Assembly (NCBI GenBank): GCA_020696385.1
Contig: JAEHCQ010000002.1
Span: 256,001-320,000 of the forward strand
DNA from: Methanobacteriota archaeon
GTDB lineage: Archaea > Thermoplasmatota > Thermoplasmata > SG8-5 > JAGLSY01
Length of the DNA: 64,000 nt
Reading direction: 5' to 3'
The stretch's first letter is position 1. Each line of letters starts with the position of its first letter. Below, in pieces: positions 8,584 to 19,194 of this stretch. The position numbers were made by a program, and so were the translations under genes. The notes beneath the pieces are model-generated. The model searched no databases, was not told the DNA's origin, and saw only the letters and a list, made by a program, of their open reading frames with translations.

Positions 8584-9306
8584 ATGCCCTCACCCGGCTT
8601 GATGCACGTCGAGTCCGAGGAGAAAGGGATCAATATCCATAATGAATATTCACTTCATAATCTCATAAAACATCTTTATTCACTGCCTGGGGACAGGTAC
8701 GAGGTCAAGCATGATAAGGGGTATGTCATCGACCTTGTTCGCGGTGATGTGATGGTGGAGATCCAGACCCGTAGTTTTTCTTCGATCAAAGGAAAGCTCG
8801 AAGATCTTGTCAAGGCACATGAGGTTAGACTGATACACCCGATAATTGTTAGAAAATGGGTGGTGTATGTGGATAAAGAGACTGGCAAGAGATCGGGAAA
8901 GCGTAAATCACCAAAGATCGGCAAGCCCATCGATCTTTTCAAGGAATTGATAAGGATGCCTGGCCTGGTGAAGCATCCTAATTTCAGTATTATTCTTTAC
9001 ATGGTGCTGGCCGAGGAGACGCGTATCCGCGGCGAAAAGAAGAACTGGCGAGGTCGCGGCTACAAGATCCAAGATAGGAAGATAGTCGGTGTGGAGAAGG
9101 TTATCAGCCTGAACCATCCTGGAGACTACGCCATGTTCCTGCCTGATGATCTTGAGCCCATGTTCACCAACAGGATGCTGGCTGAGACTGCCAATATCAG
9201 CCTCAGGGAAGCTGGGTGGATAACCTACTGCCTGAAAAAAATGGGAACCATACAGGAAGAGGGGAAGAGAGGGAGAGCCTTACTATTCTCTATCAAGGTT
9301 CAATGA
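8584..9306 (+). CDS. Conserved hypothetical protein, possible PD-(D/E)xK-like nuclease fold with C-terminal wHTH
   Basis: EYSLH..IK...YVIDLV...VEIQT (D...ExQ pattern); basic protein; C-terminal AETANIS..AGWITYCLKKMG helix-turn-helix-like segment. Confidence 0.55.
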   Translation: MPSPGLMHVESEEKGINIHNEYSLHNLIKHLYSLPGDRYEVKHDKGYVIDLVRGDVMVEIQTRSFSSIKGKLEDLVKAHEVRLIHPIIVRKWVVYVDKETGKRSGKRKSPKIGKPIDLFKELIRMPGLVKHPNFSIILYMVLAEETRIRGEKKNWRGRGYKIQDRKIVGVEKVISLNHPGDYAMFLPDDLEPMFTNRMLAETANISLREAGWITYCLKKMGTIQEEGKRGRALLFSIKVQ

Positions 9307-9448
9307 ATCGCAGAGCTTTTTAATCGCATGAAAATCAATAATTTTTAATTAGCCAGTCTATGTATATGATATATAATTTCATATTGAATTCATTCCTTTG
9401 AGTTACAATTAAGTATCAATAATCCGTTATCTCGATGTTGGAAATATC

Positions 9449-12013
9449 ATGCCCAAACACTTGACCGTACAGGATAAGATCGTCATTCATCTGGCCGCGT
9501 ATATGAGGTATGCGGAAGAATTCGAATGCCCTGAAGAAGTGTCGCAAGCTGGAATAGCCAGTGCGATCGGCAAGAGCCGGGCGCATACCACCCTGGAATT
9601 GAAGGCATTGAGAGATGCGGAGCTCATATCCGAAAGAGTGTCGCATGTTCGAGGGGCCAAGTCCAAAAGAAAAGTGTATAATCTAGCATCCTCTGGGATT
9701 CAATTGGCTCAGAACCTTAGATCCATGATAGATAGCCTTGAAGTGAATATGGAGATCGATGGGGAAGTGTCCGAATTCGGAGGTCGCATGGCGATCGAGG
9801 AATTGACAAGCCGTGCTGGCATATCGGAATTGGACGCCATGAACTTGATCATATCAACAGATGGTGTGATAAGGCCAAATGCACCGGTACCGGAGAAAGC
9901 CCAGGCAACTAATATCAAACAGGACAATTTGCCAGAATTGAAATATTTCTATGGAAGAGAAAAGGACATAGAAGGGCTCATGGCCTTTCTAAACGGGGAA
10001 GAAACACTGCTGTCAATTACCGGCATGCCCGGCATAGGTAAAACAACATTGGCCAGGCAGCTCGTCGCAACCGACAAAGATCGCAAGTTCTTCTACATAC
10101 AATTATATGGATTTGATTCTCCCATATCCTTTGTTCAGCAATTGGCCAGGTATTTGAGTTCGGTCAATTACAAACAATTGGGAGATTATATCGCTAATAA
10201 AGCCTCGCCTGATCTGAGAGAGGTGAGCTGGCTTCTTGGAGATATATTCTCAAAAGAGAGATTTGCCATCATACTGGATGATCTGGATGTTGTTTCGGAT
10301 TCCTTTGATGGTTTCCTCAGGATGATACACGATGTTCTACGATCATCTGGGAGTTCCCAAATGATCGTACTGTCCAATAAAACCCCTGGGTTCTATGACA
10401 GGAAGGATGTCAATATTGAAAGATCGGTATCTGAAATGGAACTGGAAGGTCTGGATCACAATGCGGCTATGGCCTTGCTCGACAAGATAGGAAAGGTGGA
10501 TGAGGAAGCAAGAGAGGATTTGATAGGTAAAGTCGCCGGACATCCACTGGCATTGGAGCTTGCGGAGGCAGATACCGGGACTGGCAATTTCCACGATTAC
10601 ATTTACGAGCAGATCATATCCAGGGATATCGATGGATTTGATTTCCTATCTCTATCATCTGTTATGAGGATGCCCTTCAGTCCCTGGGATATGAAGATTT
10701 TTGGTTTCAGCAGGGCGCAGACCCTTTCCAGTAATTCGTATTTTACCAAATATGACAGTGGGCTGGTCATGATCCACAAGGCAGTGGCCGATGCAGTTCT
10801 CAATAAAGCTGGAGAGAAGGGTATCAAATTGGCTCATGAACGCGCGGCACATTATTGCCGTGATTATGATATTGAACCCTCGGAGGTTCTGTATCATCTC
10901 ATAGAAGCTGGCATGAACGACCAGGCCAAGGAGATGGTCGATGATATCAGAAATTACCTTCTTTCGAACACGAATTTGGAAATGACACTCCTCATGCTAG
11001 GAAAATTGAATACCCAGCTTGGTGAAAGGGACGCGGAATTATTGGATATCATGGCCGAGGTCATGAATCTAACTGGTGATTGGGACGGGGCAATGAGCCT
11101 ATCATCCGCTGCGGCAGATGATAGAACTACTGAACAGAATATCAGAGCTCTCATCCGCATGGCCAGAATTGAGAATAAAAAGGGTAATTCTGATAAAGCA
11201 ATGGAGAATATCAAGGAGGCTGAGGAATTATCGATCACTCTGGATGAGCTTGTCATGGCCTCGGATATCATGCTAACCAAGGGAATCATCCTGCATGGCA
11301 TTGGGGAGTACAAAGAAGCCATGAAAGCCTTTGGCCAGTCAATTGACATATCAAAGGAGAATGAAGATAAGAAAGGGTATCTTCGAGGACTGATGGAGCG
11401 CGGGAACATCGATGTGCTTATAGGTTCTTTCAGAACCGCTGGCAAGGATTACGAGCTGGCATTGAGAACGGCAGAGGAATTGAACAGCCAGATAGATGTA
11501 GCCAGGATAAAATTGAATATCGGCCTGCTCCATATGAAGATGGATGAGCTACAAAAGGCTTCCAAGGACATGGAGATCGCCATATCCATAGGAAGGGAGA
11601 TATGCCAACCGAGGATAATCGGTTGGGGGCTGATAGGAATTTCCGAATGCTATAATAAAATGAACAAACCAGAAGAATCGCTCGAGCGATCGGAAGAGGC
11701 CAGGCAGATCTTCGAGAGCCTGGGAATACCTGATCTTCTTTCTGCTGTTTATTCCAATATCGGGATGGCGAAAGCAACCCTTGGAGATGATGAGGAAGCC
11801 ATCACCAACTTTGAAAAGAGCATCGAGCTTATCGAGGACCTTGATGGGCCATATACACATGGCCAGAGGTATTTGGAATATGGAAAGGGAAAGCATATTC
11901 TTGGCAAGACCGAGGAAGCGATGAAATTGCTGACCAAGGCTCAGACCATATTTGTGGATATCGGGGCGGAAGAGGAAGCCAGGCAGATCGCGAATTTCTT
12001 AAAGGATCTTTAA
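9449..12013 (+). CDS. wHTH - STAND NTPase - TPR protein
   Basis: N-terminal HTH (SQAGIASAIGKSRAH), FYGRE, Walker A GMPGIGKT, Walker B IILDD, GHPLAL motif, long TPR C-terminus. Confidence 0.88.
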   Translation: MPKHLTVQDKIVIHLAAYMRYAEEFECPEEVSQAGIASAIGKSRAHTTLELKALRDAELISERVSHVRGAKSKRKVYNLASSGIQLAQNLRSMIDSLEVNMEIDGEVSEFGGRMAIEELTSRAGISELDAMNLIISTDGVIRPNAPVPEKAQATNIKQDNLPELKYFYGREKDIEGLMAFLNGEETLLSITGMPGIGKTTLARQLVATDKDRKFFYIQLYGFDSPISFVQQLARYLSSVNYKQLGDYIANKASPDLREVSWLLGDIFSKERFAIILDDLDVVSDSFDGFLRMIHDVLRSSGSSQMIVLSNKTPGFYDRKDVNIERSVSEMELEGLDHNAAMALLDKIGKVDEEAREDLIGKVAGHPLALELAEADTGTGNFHDYIYEQIISRDIDGFDFLSLSSVMRMPFSPWDMKIFGFSRAQTLSSNSYFTKYDSGLVMIHKAVADAVLNKAGEKGIKLAHERAAHYCRDYDIEPSEVLYHLIEAGMNDQAKEMVDDIRNYLLSNTNLEMTLLMLGKLNTQLGERDAELLDIMAEVMNLTGDWDGAMSLSSAAADDRTTEQNIRALIRMARIENKKGNSDKAMENIKEAEELSITLDELVMASDIMLTKGIILHGIGEYKEAMKAFGQSIDISKENEDKKGYLRGLMERGNIDVLIGSFRTAGKDYELALRTAEELNSQIDVARIKLNIGLLHMKMDELQKASKDMEIAISIGREICQPRIIGWGLIGISECYNKMNKPEESLERSEEARQIFESLGIPDLLSAVYSNIGMAKATLGDDEEAITNFEKSIELIEDLDGPYTHGQRYLEYGKGKHILGKTEEAMKLLTKAQTIFVDIGAEEEARQIANFLKDL

Positions 12014-12209
12014 TGGTATCTTTAACATATCATTAATTACAAACAAGATAAGATCGACAGCGTCATGAATATGACCTTCTTATTGGCGATTTCATTATAT
12101 ATATATTCATATTGACAGCTCATGCAATGAGATAGGTACGATACTATCTCGAAGGTAGGTATGACACTATCTTGGAGATAGACATGATACTATCTCAGGA
12201 GTTGATAAA

Positions 12210-13139
12210 ATGCCAGAGACCATCATCCAGGTTAGAGATCTTGTCAAGCAATACGACGATAATACCGCAGTCAATAGCATCAGTTTCGATGTCAATGAAG
12301 GAGAGGTGTTTGCCTTTCTCGGTCCAAATGGTGCTGGCAAGACCACCACGGTGGAGATCATCGAGACCATCAGAACTGCAACTTCGGGCGACATCCAGAT
12401 ACTTGGAATGGATGTCAATAAAAATAGAACAGAGATCCTGAAAAGGATCGGTGTCATGCCCCAGGACTTCAGCTCATTTGATAGGCTGACGGTATGGGAG
12501 ACCGTGCAGTACTATGCCAGGCTCTTTGGCAGTGATGTGGATATAGATGGATTGCTCAAGCTGGTAAATCTTCAGGAAGAGAGAGATAAGCATTATGTCA
12601 CCCTTTCTGGTGGACTGAAGCAAAGGGTGGGAATCGCCGTGGCACTGGTCAATGATCCGGAGATAGTTTTCCTGGACGAGCCCACCACGGGCCTGGATCC
12701 ACGAGCCAGGCGCGATGTATGGGAGGTTGTCAAGGATCTGAAAAAGAGAGGGAAGACCATCTTCCTTACCACTCATTACATGGAAGAGGCCGAGGTTCTG
12801 GCCGATGATGTGGCTATCATTTCCAAGGGAGATATCATCGCCCATGGATCTGTTGATGGTCTTATCGATCAATTTTGCTCCACCATCCATGTCGCGATCA
12901 AGGGAGCTGGACCTGGCGTGAAGGAGATCGCGGATGAAATGTCGCTTGTCTCCGAATCCCTGGGAAATGGCAATGTCCAGATAGAGGCTGATAACAATGA
13001 GCAGGTTGTGGAGATCCTCAATTCCCTTAAGAACAAAAATATAGGATACGGCAGCGTGGACATAAGAAAGGCCAATCTGGAAGAGGTGTTTTTGAAATTG
13101 ACTGGTGAATCTCTTATTGACAAGGGGGATCCTAAATGA
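12210..13139 (+). CDS. ABC-2 type exporter ATP-binding subunit
   Basis: GPNGAGKTT, LSGG, FLDEPTTGLDP, TTHYMEEAE. Confidence 0.95.
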   Translation: MPETIIQVRDLVKQYDDNTAVNSISFDVNEGEVFAFLGPNGAGKTTTVEIIETIRTATSGDIQILGMDVNKNRTEILKRIGVMPQDFSSFDRLTVWETVQYYARLFGSDVDIDGLLKLVNLQEERDKHYVTLSGGLKQRVGIAVALVNDPEIVFLDEPTTGLDPRARRDVWEVVKDLKKRGKTIFLTTHYMEEAEVLADDVAIISKGDIIAHGSVDGLIDQFCSTIHVAIKGAGPGVKEIADEMSLVSESLGNGNVQIEADNNEQVVEILNSLKNKNIGYGSVDIRKANLEEVFLKLTGESLIDKGDPK

Positions 13140-14272
13140 ACTTCAAATTAGTGTATGCCAGTCTTTCCATCACACTCAAGGAATTCTACAGAAGCAAGGC
13201 ATCGATGTTCTTTGTTCTTCTATTTCCGATAATCCTCATGCTCCTCTTCGGATTGATATTCCAAGATCAGGGAGAGACGGTGTACGACCTCCATGTCAGA
13301 GATCTGGATGGTGGTGTGAACTCACAGAATATCACGGAGATGTTGGGCAACACCGAGATCTTCAACATAGTCGAAGTTGGCGACGAGGTCGGAGATATTG
13401 AAGATGCGAAAGACTATCTCACGGAGCATAAATTGAATGCCATGCTTGTGATCCCAGAAGGATACTCCGATGGGTTTGATGCCATAATGATTGATCGATT
13501 TTTGGGCATCCCGACAAATGATACCGTGGATGTCGTGATGATCTATGATCCTGCCAACACCGCGGCCATGACCAAGATCAGTATATTGAATTCGATCTTG
13601 GATGGTGTCAACAAAGCGGCTACAGGAATGCCAGATGTCCTCGTGCTGGAGATGGAAACTACAGTATCTGATGATTTTGACTATATCGATTTCTTCGCGC
13701 CAGGTATCATCGCCATGTCCGTCATGACCACCGCGCTCTTTGGCACTGTGACTATCAATACGGAGCTTAGGCAGAAGGGCATATTGAGAAAGCTAGCCAC
13801 CACTCCTTTGTCAAGATCCGAGTGGCTTTTGGCCAATATTCTGTATCAATTATGCATGGCGATCCTATCGACCATATCGATCATCCTCATAGGAGTGGGA
13901 TTGTTCGACCTGAACCCCCATCTCAACCTGTTCCTGCCATTGTTCGTGATCCTCAATGTCTTTGCCTTTTCGGGCATAGGTATGCTCATAACACGCTTCG
14001 TTAAAGAGGCGGAGAGCGCGCATGCGGCAGCCAATGCCATCATGTTCCCAATGATGTTCCTATCGGGCACTTTCTTCCCATTGGAGGGGATGCCGGACTT
14101 CCTTCAGACTTTTGCGAAAGTCCTACCCCTGTACTATGTGAATGAAGGATTAAGGGCCGCGATGATCACACTGGATGAGGGGACATTGATGACAAGCACA
14201 GTTGTCTTGATCATACTGGCCATCGTGATATTCATCCTCGGTGTATTGCTCACTTCGTGGAAGCATGATTGA
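13136..14272 (+). CDS. ABC-2 type exporter permease
   Basis: ATGA overlap with the ATPase; DFFAPGIIAM, FLSGTFFP, LPL ABC-2 membrane motifs. Confidence 0.92.
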   Translation: MNFKLVYASLSITLKEFYRSKASMFFVLLFPIILMLLFGLIFQDQGETVYDLHVRDLDGGVNSQNITEMLGNTEIFNIVEVGDEVGDIEDAKDYLTEHKLNAMLVIPEGYSDGFDAIMIDRFLGIPTNDTVDVVMIYDPANTAAMTKISILNSILDGVNKAATGMPDVLVLEMETTVSDDFDYIDFFAPGIIAMSVMTTALFGTVTINTELRQKGILRKLATTPLSRSEWLLANILYQLCMAILSTISIILIGVGLFDLNPHLNLFLPLFVILNVFAFSGIGMLITRFVKEAESAHAAANAIMFPMMFLSGTFFPLEGMPDFLQTFAKVLPLYYVNEGLRAAMITLDEGTLMTSTVVLIILAIVIFILGVLLTSWKHD

Positions 14273-14375
14273 TGTTTCCACGAAATGTCGATCATGGCCA
14301 TGATAAAAACACTCCTGCGAACCAAATAGAAAATAATATATCCGCAGGGGTATTATCGAGGAATGGTGTTAGAAC

Positions 14376-14636
14376 TTGACAAAAGGGATCGTACTCGTTG
14401 TTGTTGAACCGAGCCTCGAGCTTGAGATATATGAGAAATTATTGAAGCTCAAGGAGGTGATGGAGGTGACACCAGTTCTTGGCACCGTGGATTTTATAGC
14501 CCGTGTTGAGGGTGTGGATCATAATGAAGTAGCGGCCATCGTGATTAAGAAAATACGGGCCCTAAAAGGCGTGACCAGCACCAAGACCTTTATCGAGGAC
14601 GAGTTCCTGAAGGAGCTGGAAGGCCTCTATAAATGA
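14376..14636 (+). CDS. Stand-alone Lrp/AsnC ligand-binding (RAM) domain protein
   Basis: 86 aa; V..V.G..DFIARV...IRALKGVTSTKT pattern. Confidence 0.82.
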   Translation: MTKGIVLVVVEPSLELEIYEKLLKLKEVMEVTPVLGTVDFIARVEGVDHNEVAAIVIKKIRALKGVTSTKTFIEDEFLKELEGLYK

Positions 14637-14806
14637 TATGGTCTGATTTGATGATGACCAATCTGTGAATTTTGATGATGTAAATTATCAAAATCAGCAC
14701 CTGTTTTCATGATTGATTTAAATATCGAGAGCAATTTATCATCCGCATATTGATTGATGATGGGCTTCGGTGTAGACACCGATCATCAAATTCAGGAGTT
14801 GAATAA

Positions 14807-15436
14807 ATGAAGATCATAATGTTGGGACCACCGGGAGCGGGAAAAGGAACGCAGGCGCAATTGCTGGTAGATAAATTCGGGTTGCCTCAGATATCCACGG
14901 GCGATCTCCTCAGAGGCGCACTGGGTGAAGGTACAGAACTCGGCATCGAGGCAAAGAAGTACATGGATGCTGGACAGTTAGTTCCAGATGACCTGATAAT
15001 CTCACTTATCAAAGAAAGGATCACATTGCCAGACTGCGGGGATGGCTACATCCTCGATGGATTCCCAAGGACCATCGAGCAGGCTGAGGCACTCGGCGGC
15101 ATTGATAATATAGACGTCGTTCTCAATATCGTGGTGGACACGGACGTCCTTATGGGAAGGCTGATGGGAAGACGCACATGCCGGGGCTGCAACGCGGTCT
15201 TCAATATCACTGGAAGGCCGTCCAAGGTAGAGGGAATTTGTGACCAATGTAGTGGCGAACTTTATCAGAGGGATGATGACAATGAGGCCACGGTGACCAA
15301 GAGACTGGACACTTACAATAATCAGACCGCGCCTCTCATAGATTTCTACCGTGGAAAAGGCATATTGAAGGATGTGAAGACCGGGAAGGAGATTCCCGAG
15401 ACCTTCGGAAATGTCATGGTGGCATTGGGTCATTGA
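14807..15436 (+). CDS. adk: Adenylate kinase (long, Zn-lid type)
   Basis: GPPGAGKGTQA, ISTGDLLR, LDGFPRT, CxxC...CxxC lid, QRDDD. Confidence 0.97.
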   Translation: MKIIMLGPPGAGKGTQAQLLVDKFGLPQISTGDLLRGALGEGTELGIEAKKYMDAGQLVPDDLIISLIKERITLPDCGDGYILDGFPRTIEQAEALGGIDNIDVVLNIVVDTDVLMGRLMGRRTCRGCNAVFNITGRPSKVEGICDQCSGELYQRDDDNEATVTKRLDTYNNQTAPLIDFYRGKGILKDVKTGKEIPETFGNVMVALGH

Positions 15437-15476
15437 TGTTCCAATGAAGAAGACTATCTAACAAGATGACTATTCT

Positions 15477-15776
15477 TCAGCCTGGGCTCTCCACCTTCTC
15501 TGATCTGATCAGCTTATGCATGTCCCTGACCACTCTTTTGGATTTGTCCTGGCCAAAATCCTGCATGGCCTCGGAAAGTGCCTGGGAAAGCTTGGGTATG
15601 TCCCGTGTGGTGATGAAGGTGGGCATTATTCCCAATTCCAGGCATTGTTTTTTGATGAAAAATTCCCCCATCTCACCCAGCTCTGATTCCATGATCTTGT
15701 GGATATCGGGGCTGAAATTTCGGGGCTCCATGAAAGGTATATTGACAATAAGGTTCATGAAGTTTTTGCTACGCAA
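15477..15776 (-). CDS. Small hypothetical protein (start uncertain)
   Basis: ELGEMGEFFIKKQCLELGI...FG..K pattern resembles small helical Thermoplasmatota proteins; fills the gap between adk and the next gene. Confidence 0.55.
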   Translation of the reverse strand: MRSKNFMNLIVNIPFMEPRNFSPDIHKIMESELGEMGEFFIKKQCLELGIMPTFITTRDIPKLSQALSEAMQDFGQDKSKRVVRDMHKLIRSEKVESPG

Positions 15777-15808
15777 GTTTATTGAGTATTGAATGTGTTA
15801 CTCAATTC

Positions 15809-17002
15809 GTGTTGAAATTAGGATTTCTGATCAACCCCATAGCGGGGATCGGAGGCCGAGTGGGTCTCAAGGGAAGTGATGGGCCAGATACGCCAAAAAA
15901 GGCTCTGGAGATGGGAGCGAGACCCATGGCGGGTGAAAAGGCCATGGATTTCCTATCGGCATTGAAATGCACCGGCGATATCGAGATATACACATGCGGC
16001 GGGAGAATGGGGCAGAGTGCCCTGGAAGAAGCAGGTATGGCGTATCACGAGGTCGTGTACAGCCCGGCTGAAATATCTTCAGCCGCGGATACTTCAGCCG
16101 CTATTGATGAATTTGAAAGCCGCGGCATCGATCTTATTGCTTTTTGCGGGGGCGATGGCACTGCCAGGGACGTGTATGGCGCTATTAAGCGCTATAGTGG
16201 CCTTGGACGCAATAGGTCAGGTCAGCACACCTCCGAATCTGGAACTCCGATTATCGGCATTCCAGCAGGTGTTAAGATGTATTCATCAGTATTCGCGCTG
16301 AGCCCGGAAGCCGCGGCTTTTACAGTATGCGCCTTCACACGAGTACCGGACATGCTGGCCGAGGCCGAGATCATGGACCTGGATGAGGAAGCGGTCAGAG
16401 AAGGAAAGCCAGGAGTGAGGGTGAAACTCCACGGTATGACCATGATACCCTTTGATCCTACATCCATACAGAGGGCGAAAACACCCTCCGCGCCCGAAGA
16501 GAAAGAGTTCGCGGAGGCTATAGCCAGCTGCCTTGTGGAAGAAATGGAAAAGGAAGAGAGCCATGATATCCTATACATCCTGGGGCCTGGATCGGTCAAG
16601 AAGGCCATGTTGCACAAATTGGGGTTGGAGGGCTCATTCCTGGGTGTGGATGCAATTAGGGATGGGCGAATGGTAGGGCTTGATTTGAGCGAAAAAGCCA
16701 TCTTGGAATTACTGGACCTCTTAGATGAAGAGGGCGAGATTGGCATTGCGCAGATCATTGTCACCCCTATCGGGGCTCAGGGATTCGTACTGGGTCGAGG
16801 CAATCACCAAATTAGTCCGGATGTTCTGAAAAGAGTTGGATCAGACAATATCAGGATCGTGGCCACACCCCATAAGCTATCACACACGCCCAGACTGTTC
16901 GTCCAGACTGGGGATAAGGAGCTGGACATGGATCTGGCCGGTTATCGAAAGATACTCGTCGGATACAGGATGTGGGAGATGAAGAAGGTGGAAGCCGTAT
17001 AG
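15809..17002 (+). CDS. ATP-NAD kinase / AcoX-like family protein
   Basis: GFLINPIAGIGG..GLKGSDG, GGDGTARD, GIPAGVKMYS, TPIGAQGFVLGRGN. Confidence 0.9.
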   Translation: MLKLGFLINPIAGIGGRVGLKGSDGPDTPKKALEMGARPMAGEKAMDFLSALKCTGDIEIYTCGGRMGQSALEEAGMAYHEVVYSPAEISSAADTSAAIDEFESRGIDLIAFCGGDGTARDVYGAIKRYSGLGRNRSGQHTSESGTPIIGIPAGVKMYSSVFALSPEAAAFTVCAFTRVPDMLAEAEIMDLDEEAVREGKPGVRVKLHGMTMIPFDPTSIQRAKTPSAPEEKEFAEAIASCLVEEMEKEESHDILYILGPGSVKKAMLHKLGLEGSFLGVDAIRDGRMVGLDLSEKAILELLDLLDEEGEIGIAQIIVTPIGAQGFVLGRGNHQISPDVLKRVGSDNIRIVATPHKLSHTPRLFVQTGDKELDMDLAGYRKILVGYRMWEMKKVEAV

Positions 17003-17023
17003 TTTTAGTTCAATATTTAACAA

Positions 17024-17385
17024 ACACTCCGAGCAGGTGAGCAGGGGGAAGGGTGCGAGTCAGCGAATTGAATTGTGTAGCGATTCAATTAATCTTCTGG
17101 ATGCAGAGCTGCCAGATGATTCGGGAGTGTCGGGTGGGGGGAATATTTATGCATGGGGTGGGAGCTTTGGAAAGCTGGCTCATTCAGGGTGTGTCGTTGC
17201 AATTTGTCAAGCTGGGTGAGGATAAGGACCCCGCCCATCGTTGAACTCCTGGCGGGGCTTTGTTTGACTCCTCGCATTGAGAGAGCGAGGAGTTTGTCCC
17301 CCTACTGGCACATCGCGACTGTCACCCGCATACTCATCGAATATAGTACCCCAGGTCTGCGTCTCTCGCCCTGGGGCATGTTCGA
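17024..17385. other. Hairpin-rich non-coding interval between convergent genes (putative structured element or ncRNA)
   Basis: Stems ACACTCC/GGAGTGT, AATTGAATTG/CGATTCAATT, TCTGG/CCAGA, CCCCGCC/GGCGGGG, ACTCCTCGC/GCGAGGAGT, CCCCAGG/CCTGGGG; no convincing ORF. Confidence 0.5.
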
Positions 17386-17438
17386 ACTGGCCACATGGGC
17401 AATGTTGGGAACATGTTCTGCTGGCATATGCATCGGTT

Positions 17439-18053
17439 CTAAGGTATTCGGCAAAACTCTTCAAGTGTGCTGGCCAGTAGGACCTTGCTGGCCAGTTTCT
17501 GATTGCCAAGTGTGTCAAAGGGTTTGTTACCATAATCATGACCAGGATAGACTATTAAGTCATTTGGCAATTCCTTCAGCCTGGCCAGTGTATTGAACAT
17601 CTCCCGATTACTGCCATCCGGGAGATCCACCCTCCCGCAATCGCCGATGAAAAGAGTGTCGCCAGTCAATAGATACTTATCATCCACCAGGAGGCATATC
17701 CCGCCCCTGGTGTGCCCGGGGGTGTGTATTATTTTAATTTCTATTTCCCCGATATTCAGTATCTGGCCATCCTGAAGAGTGCTATCCACGCCCCCTTTGA
17801 TCTTGGGGGCGTCCAGTTCGTGAGCCAGTATCTGAGGTGAGAATAGTTTTTTTACAGAATCATTGGCCGCGGTATGATCCGCGTGGTGGTGGGTGTTGAT
17901 GATGTAAGTAAGATCAAGACCCAGCTCGGAAAGGCGCTTTAATGAATCAGCGGCACTGAATCCGGGATCCACGAGGGCGGCTTCCTTCGCTTCCTCCGAG
18001 TATATGAGATATGAATAATTGTCACGGCCAGTCAATATCTGTTCCACTGTCAT
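17439..18053 (-). CDS. MBL-fold hydrolase, glyoxalase II-like
   Basis: THHHADH, HTPGHT, TGDTLF, YPGHDY. Confidence 0.92.
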   Translation of the reverse strand: MTVEQILTGRDNYSYLIYSEEAKEAALVDPGFSAADSLKRLSELGLDLTYIINTHHHADHTAANDSVKKLFSPQILAHELDAPKIKGGVDSTLQDGQILNIGEIEIKIIHTPGHTRGGICLLVDDKYLLTGDTLFIGDCGRVDLPDGSNREMFNTLARLKELPNDLIVYPGHDYGNKPFDTLGNQKLASKVLLASTLEEFCRIP

Positions 18054-18076
18054 ACAGGTATGATGGTGGACATTGT

Positions 18077-19066
18077 TTATAATTTATTCTGGTCTTTATT
18101 ATTATCAGATACCTTTCCCAAAAGTTGGGATATAATCATACCAGCCAGCATCAGGCCAGCCCCCATCATGCCCCTTGGAGAAAGAGTTTCATTCAATACG
18201 ATCCAGCCACCGATTGCCGCGAATACCGCTTCCAGACTGAGGATGATGGCCGCATGTGCGGGATGGGCTTTTTTCTGGGCGAATACCTGGAGTGTGTAGG
18301 CTATTCCTACGGAAATCGCGCCCCCGTAAAGGATGGGGACCGCGGCCTTGGCGATACTGGATATCAAAATGGTCTCGGTTGCCAGTGCGACCAGCATGCT
18401 GAGGAGCGCGCATATGAAAAATTGGGTTATGGCCAGCTCGATCGCATTGATTCGAGGTGAGAGATGGCTGATGATCAACACATGGGCGGCCCAGAAGATC
18501 GCTCCGAGAAGCACCAGAAGGTCACCCCATGCGATGTTGAAACCTTCTGTCACGCTGAGTAGGTACAGACCCAGTGCGGCCAGTATTGCCCCAGCAAATG
18601 TCCCTATGCTGGTTTTCCTGCCCAAAGCGATGCCCATGATCGGCACTATCACGACATATAGTCCCGTGATGAAGCCCGCGTTCCCAGCGGTCGTGTGCAC
18701 GATGCCCATCTGCTGTAATGACGCCCCCATGAAGAGCACCAGGCCGAGTAGGATACTGCCCATGATGGCGCCTATCTTGTTCCTAGCGTGCGATCGTCTA
18801 TCTGGATGATCAGCAGATATTACTGTTTTGGAAGTTCGCTTTTTTCGAGGAGCTAATAATAGAAATGGCAGTAAAACAGCGGCACCCAGTGCGAAACGGA
18901 TACCATTAAAAGTGAAGGGACCTACATGCTCCATCCCCATCCTCTGGGCGACAAAAGCGAATCCCCAAATTCCCGCGGTCAGAAGGAGCATGGCATCTGA
19001 TAAATTATTGCCTTTTTTGGGACTGTGCTTGGACTTCATCAATACGCTCCTCGTGCTGCTGGCCAT
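18077..19066 (-). CDS. DMT/EamA family transporter (start may be 19039)
   Basis: IWGFAFVAQR, FTFNGIRF, AGFITGLYV, LEAVFAA; about 10 TM helices. Confidence 0.9.
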   Translation of the reverse strand: MASSTRSVLMKSKHSPKKGNNLSDAMLLLTAGIWGFAFVAQRMGMEHVGPFTFNGIRFALGAAVLLPFLLLAPRKKRTSKTVISADHPDRRSHARNKIGAIMGSILLGLVLFMGASLQQMGIVHTTAGNAGFITGLYVVIVPIMGIALGRKTSIGTFAGAILAALGLYLLSVTEGFNIAWGDLLVLLGAIFWAAHVLIISHLSPRINAIELAITQFFICALLSMLVALATETILISSIAKAAVPILYGGAISVGIAYTLQVFAQKKAHPAHAAIILSLEAVFAAIGGWIVLNETLSPRGMMGAGLMLAGMIISQLLGKVSDNNKDQNKL

Positions 19067-19194
19067 ATCCTATACCATTGACTCCGATGACATGCGGGCT
19101 TATATTGTTTATTGAATCATCTACAAGCCTGCATTGGGAAAAATCCTAATATCGCATGCGGCATATTGTGAGTGTGGATCGGAGAACGAGTGTG

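Noticed and set aside
14633-14680. C/D box sRNA (CTGA...ATGATGA)
   Set aside because: A K-loop-like motif is present, but the guide regions are too short and there is no proper terminal C/D pair.
17024-17430. RNase P RNA, SRP RNA, or the short ORFs listed here
   Set aside because: No GAGGAAAGUCC/ACAGAA P4 pair and no SRP helix-8 motif; the ORFs overlap in several frames without recognisable motifs.
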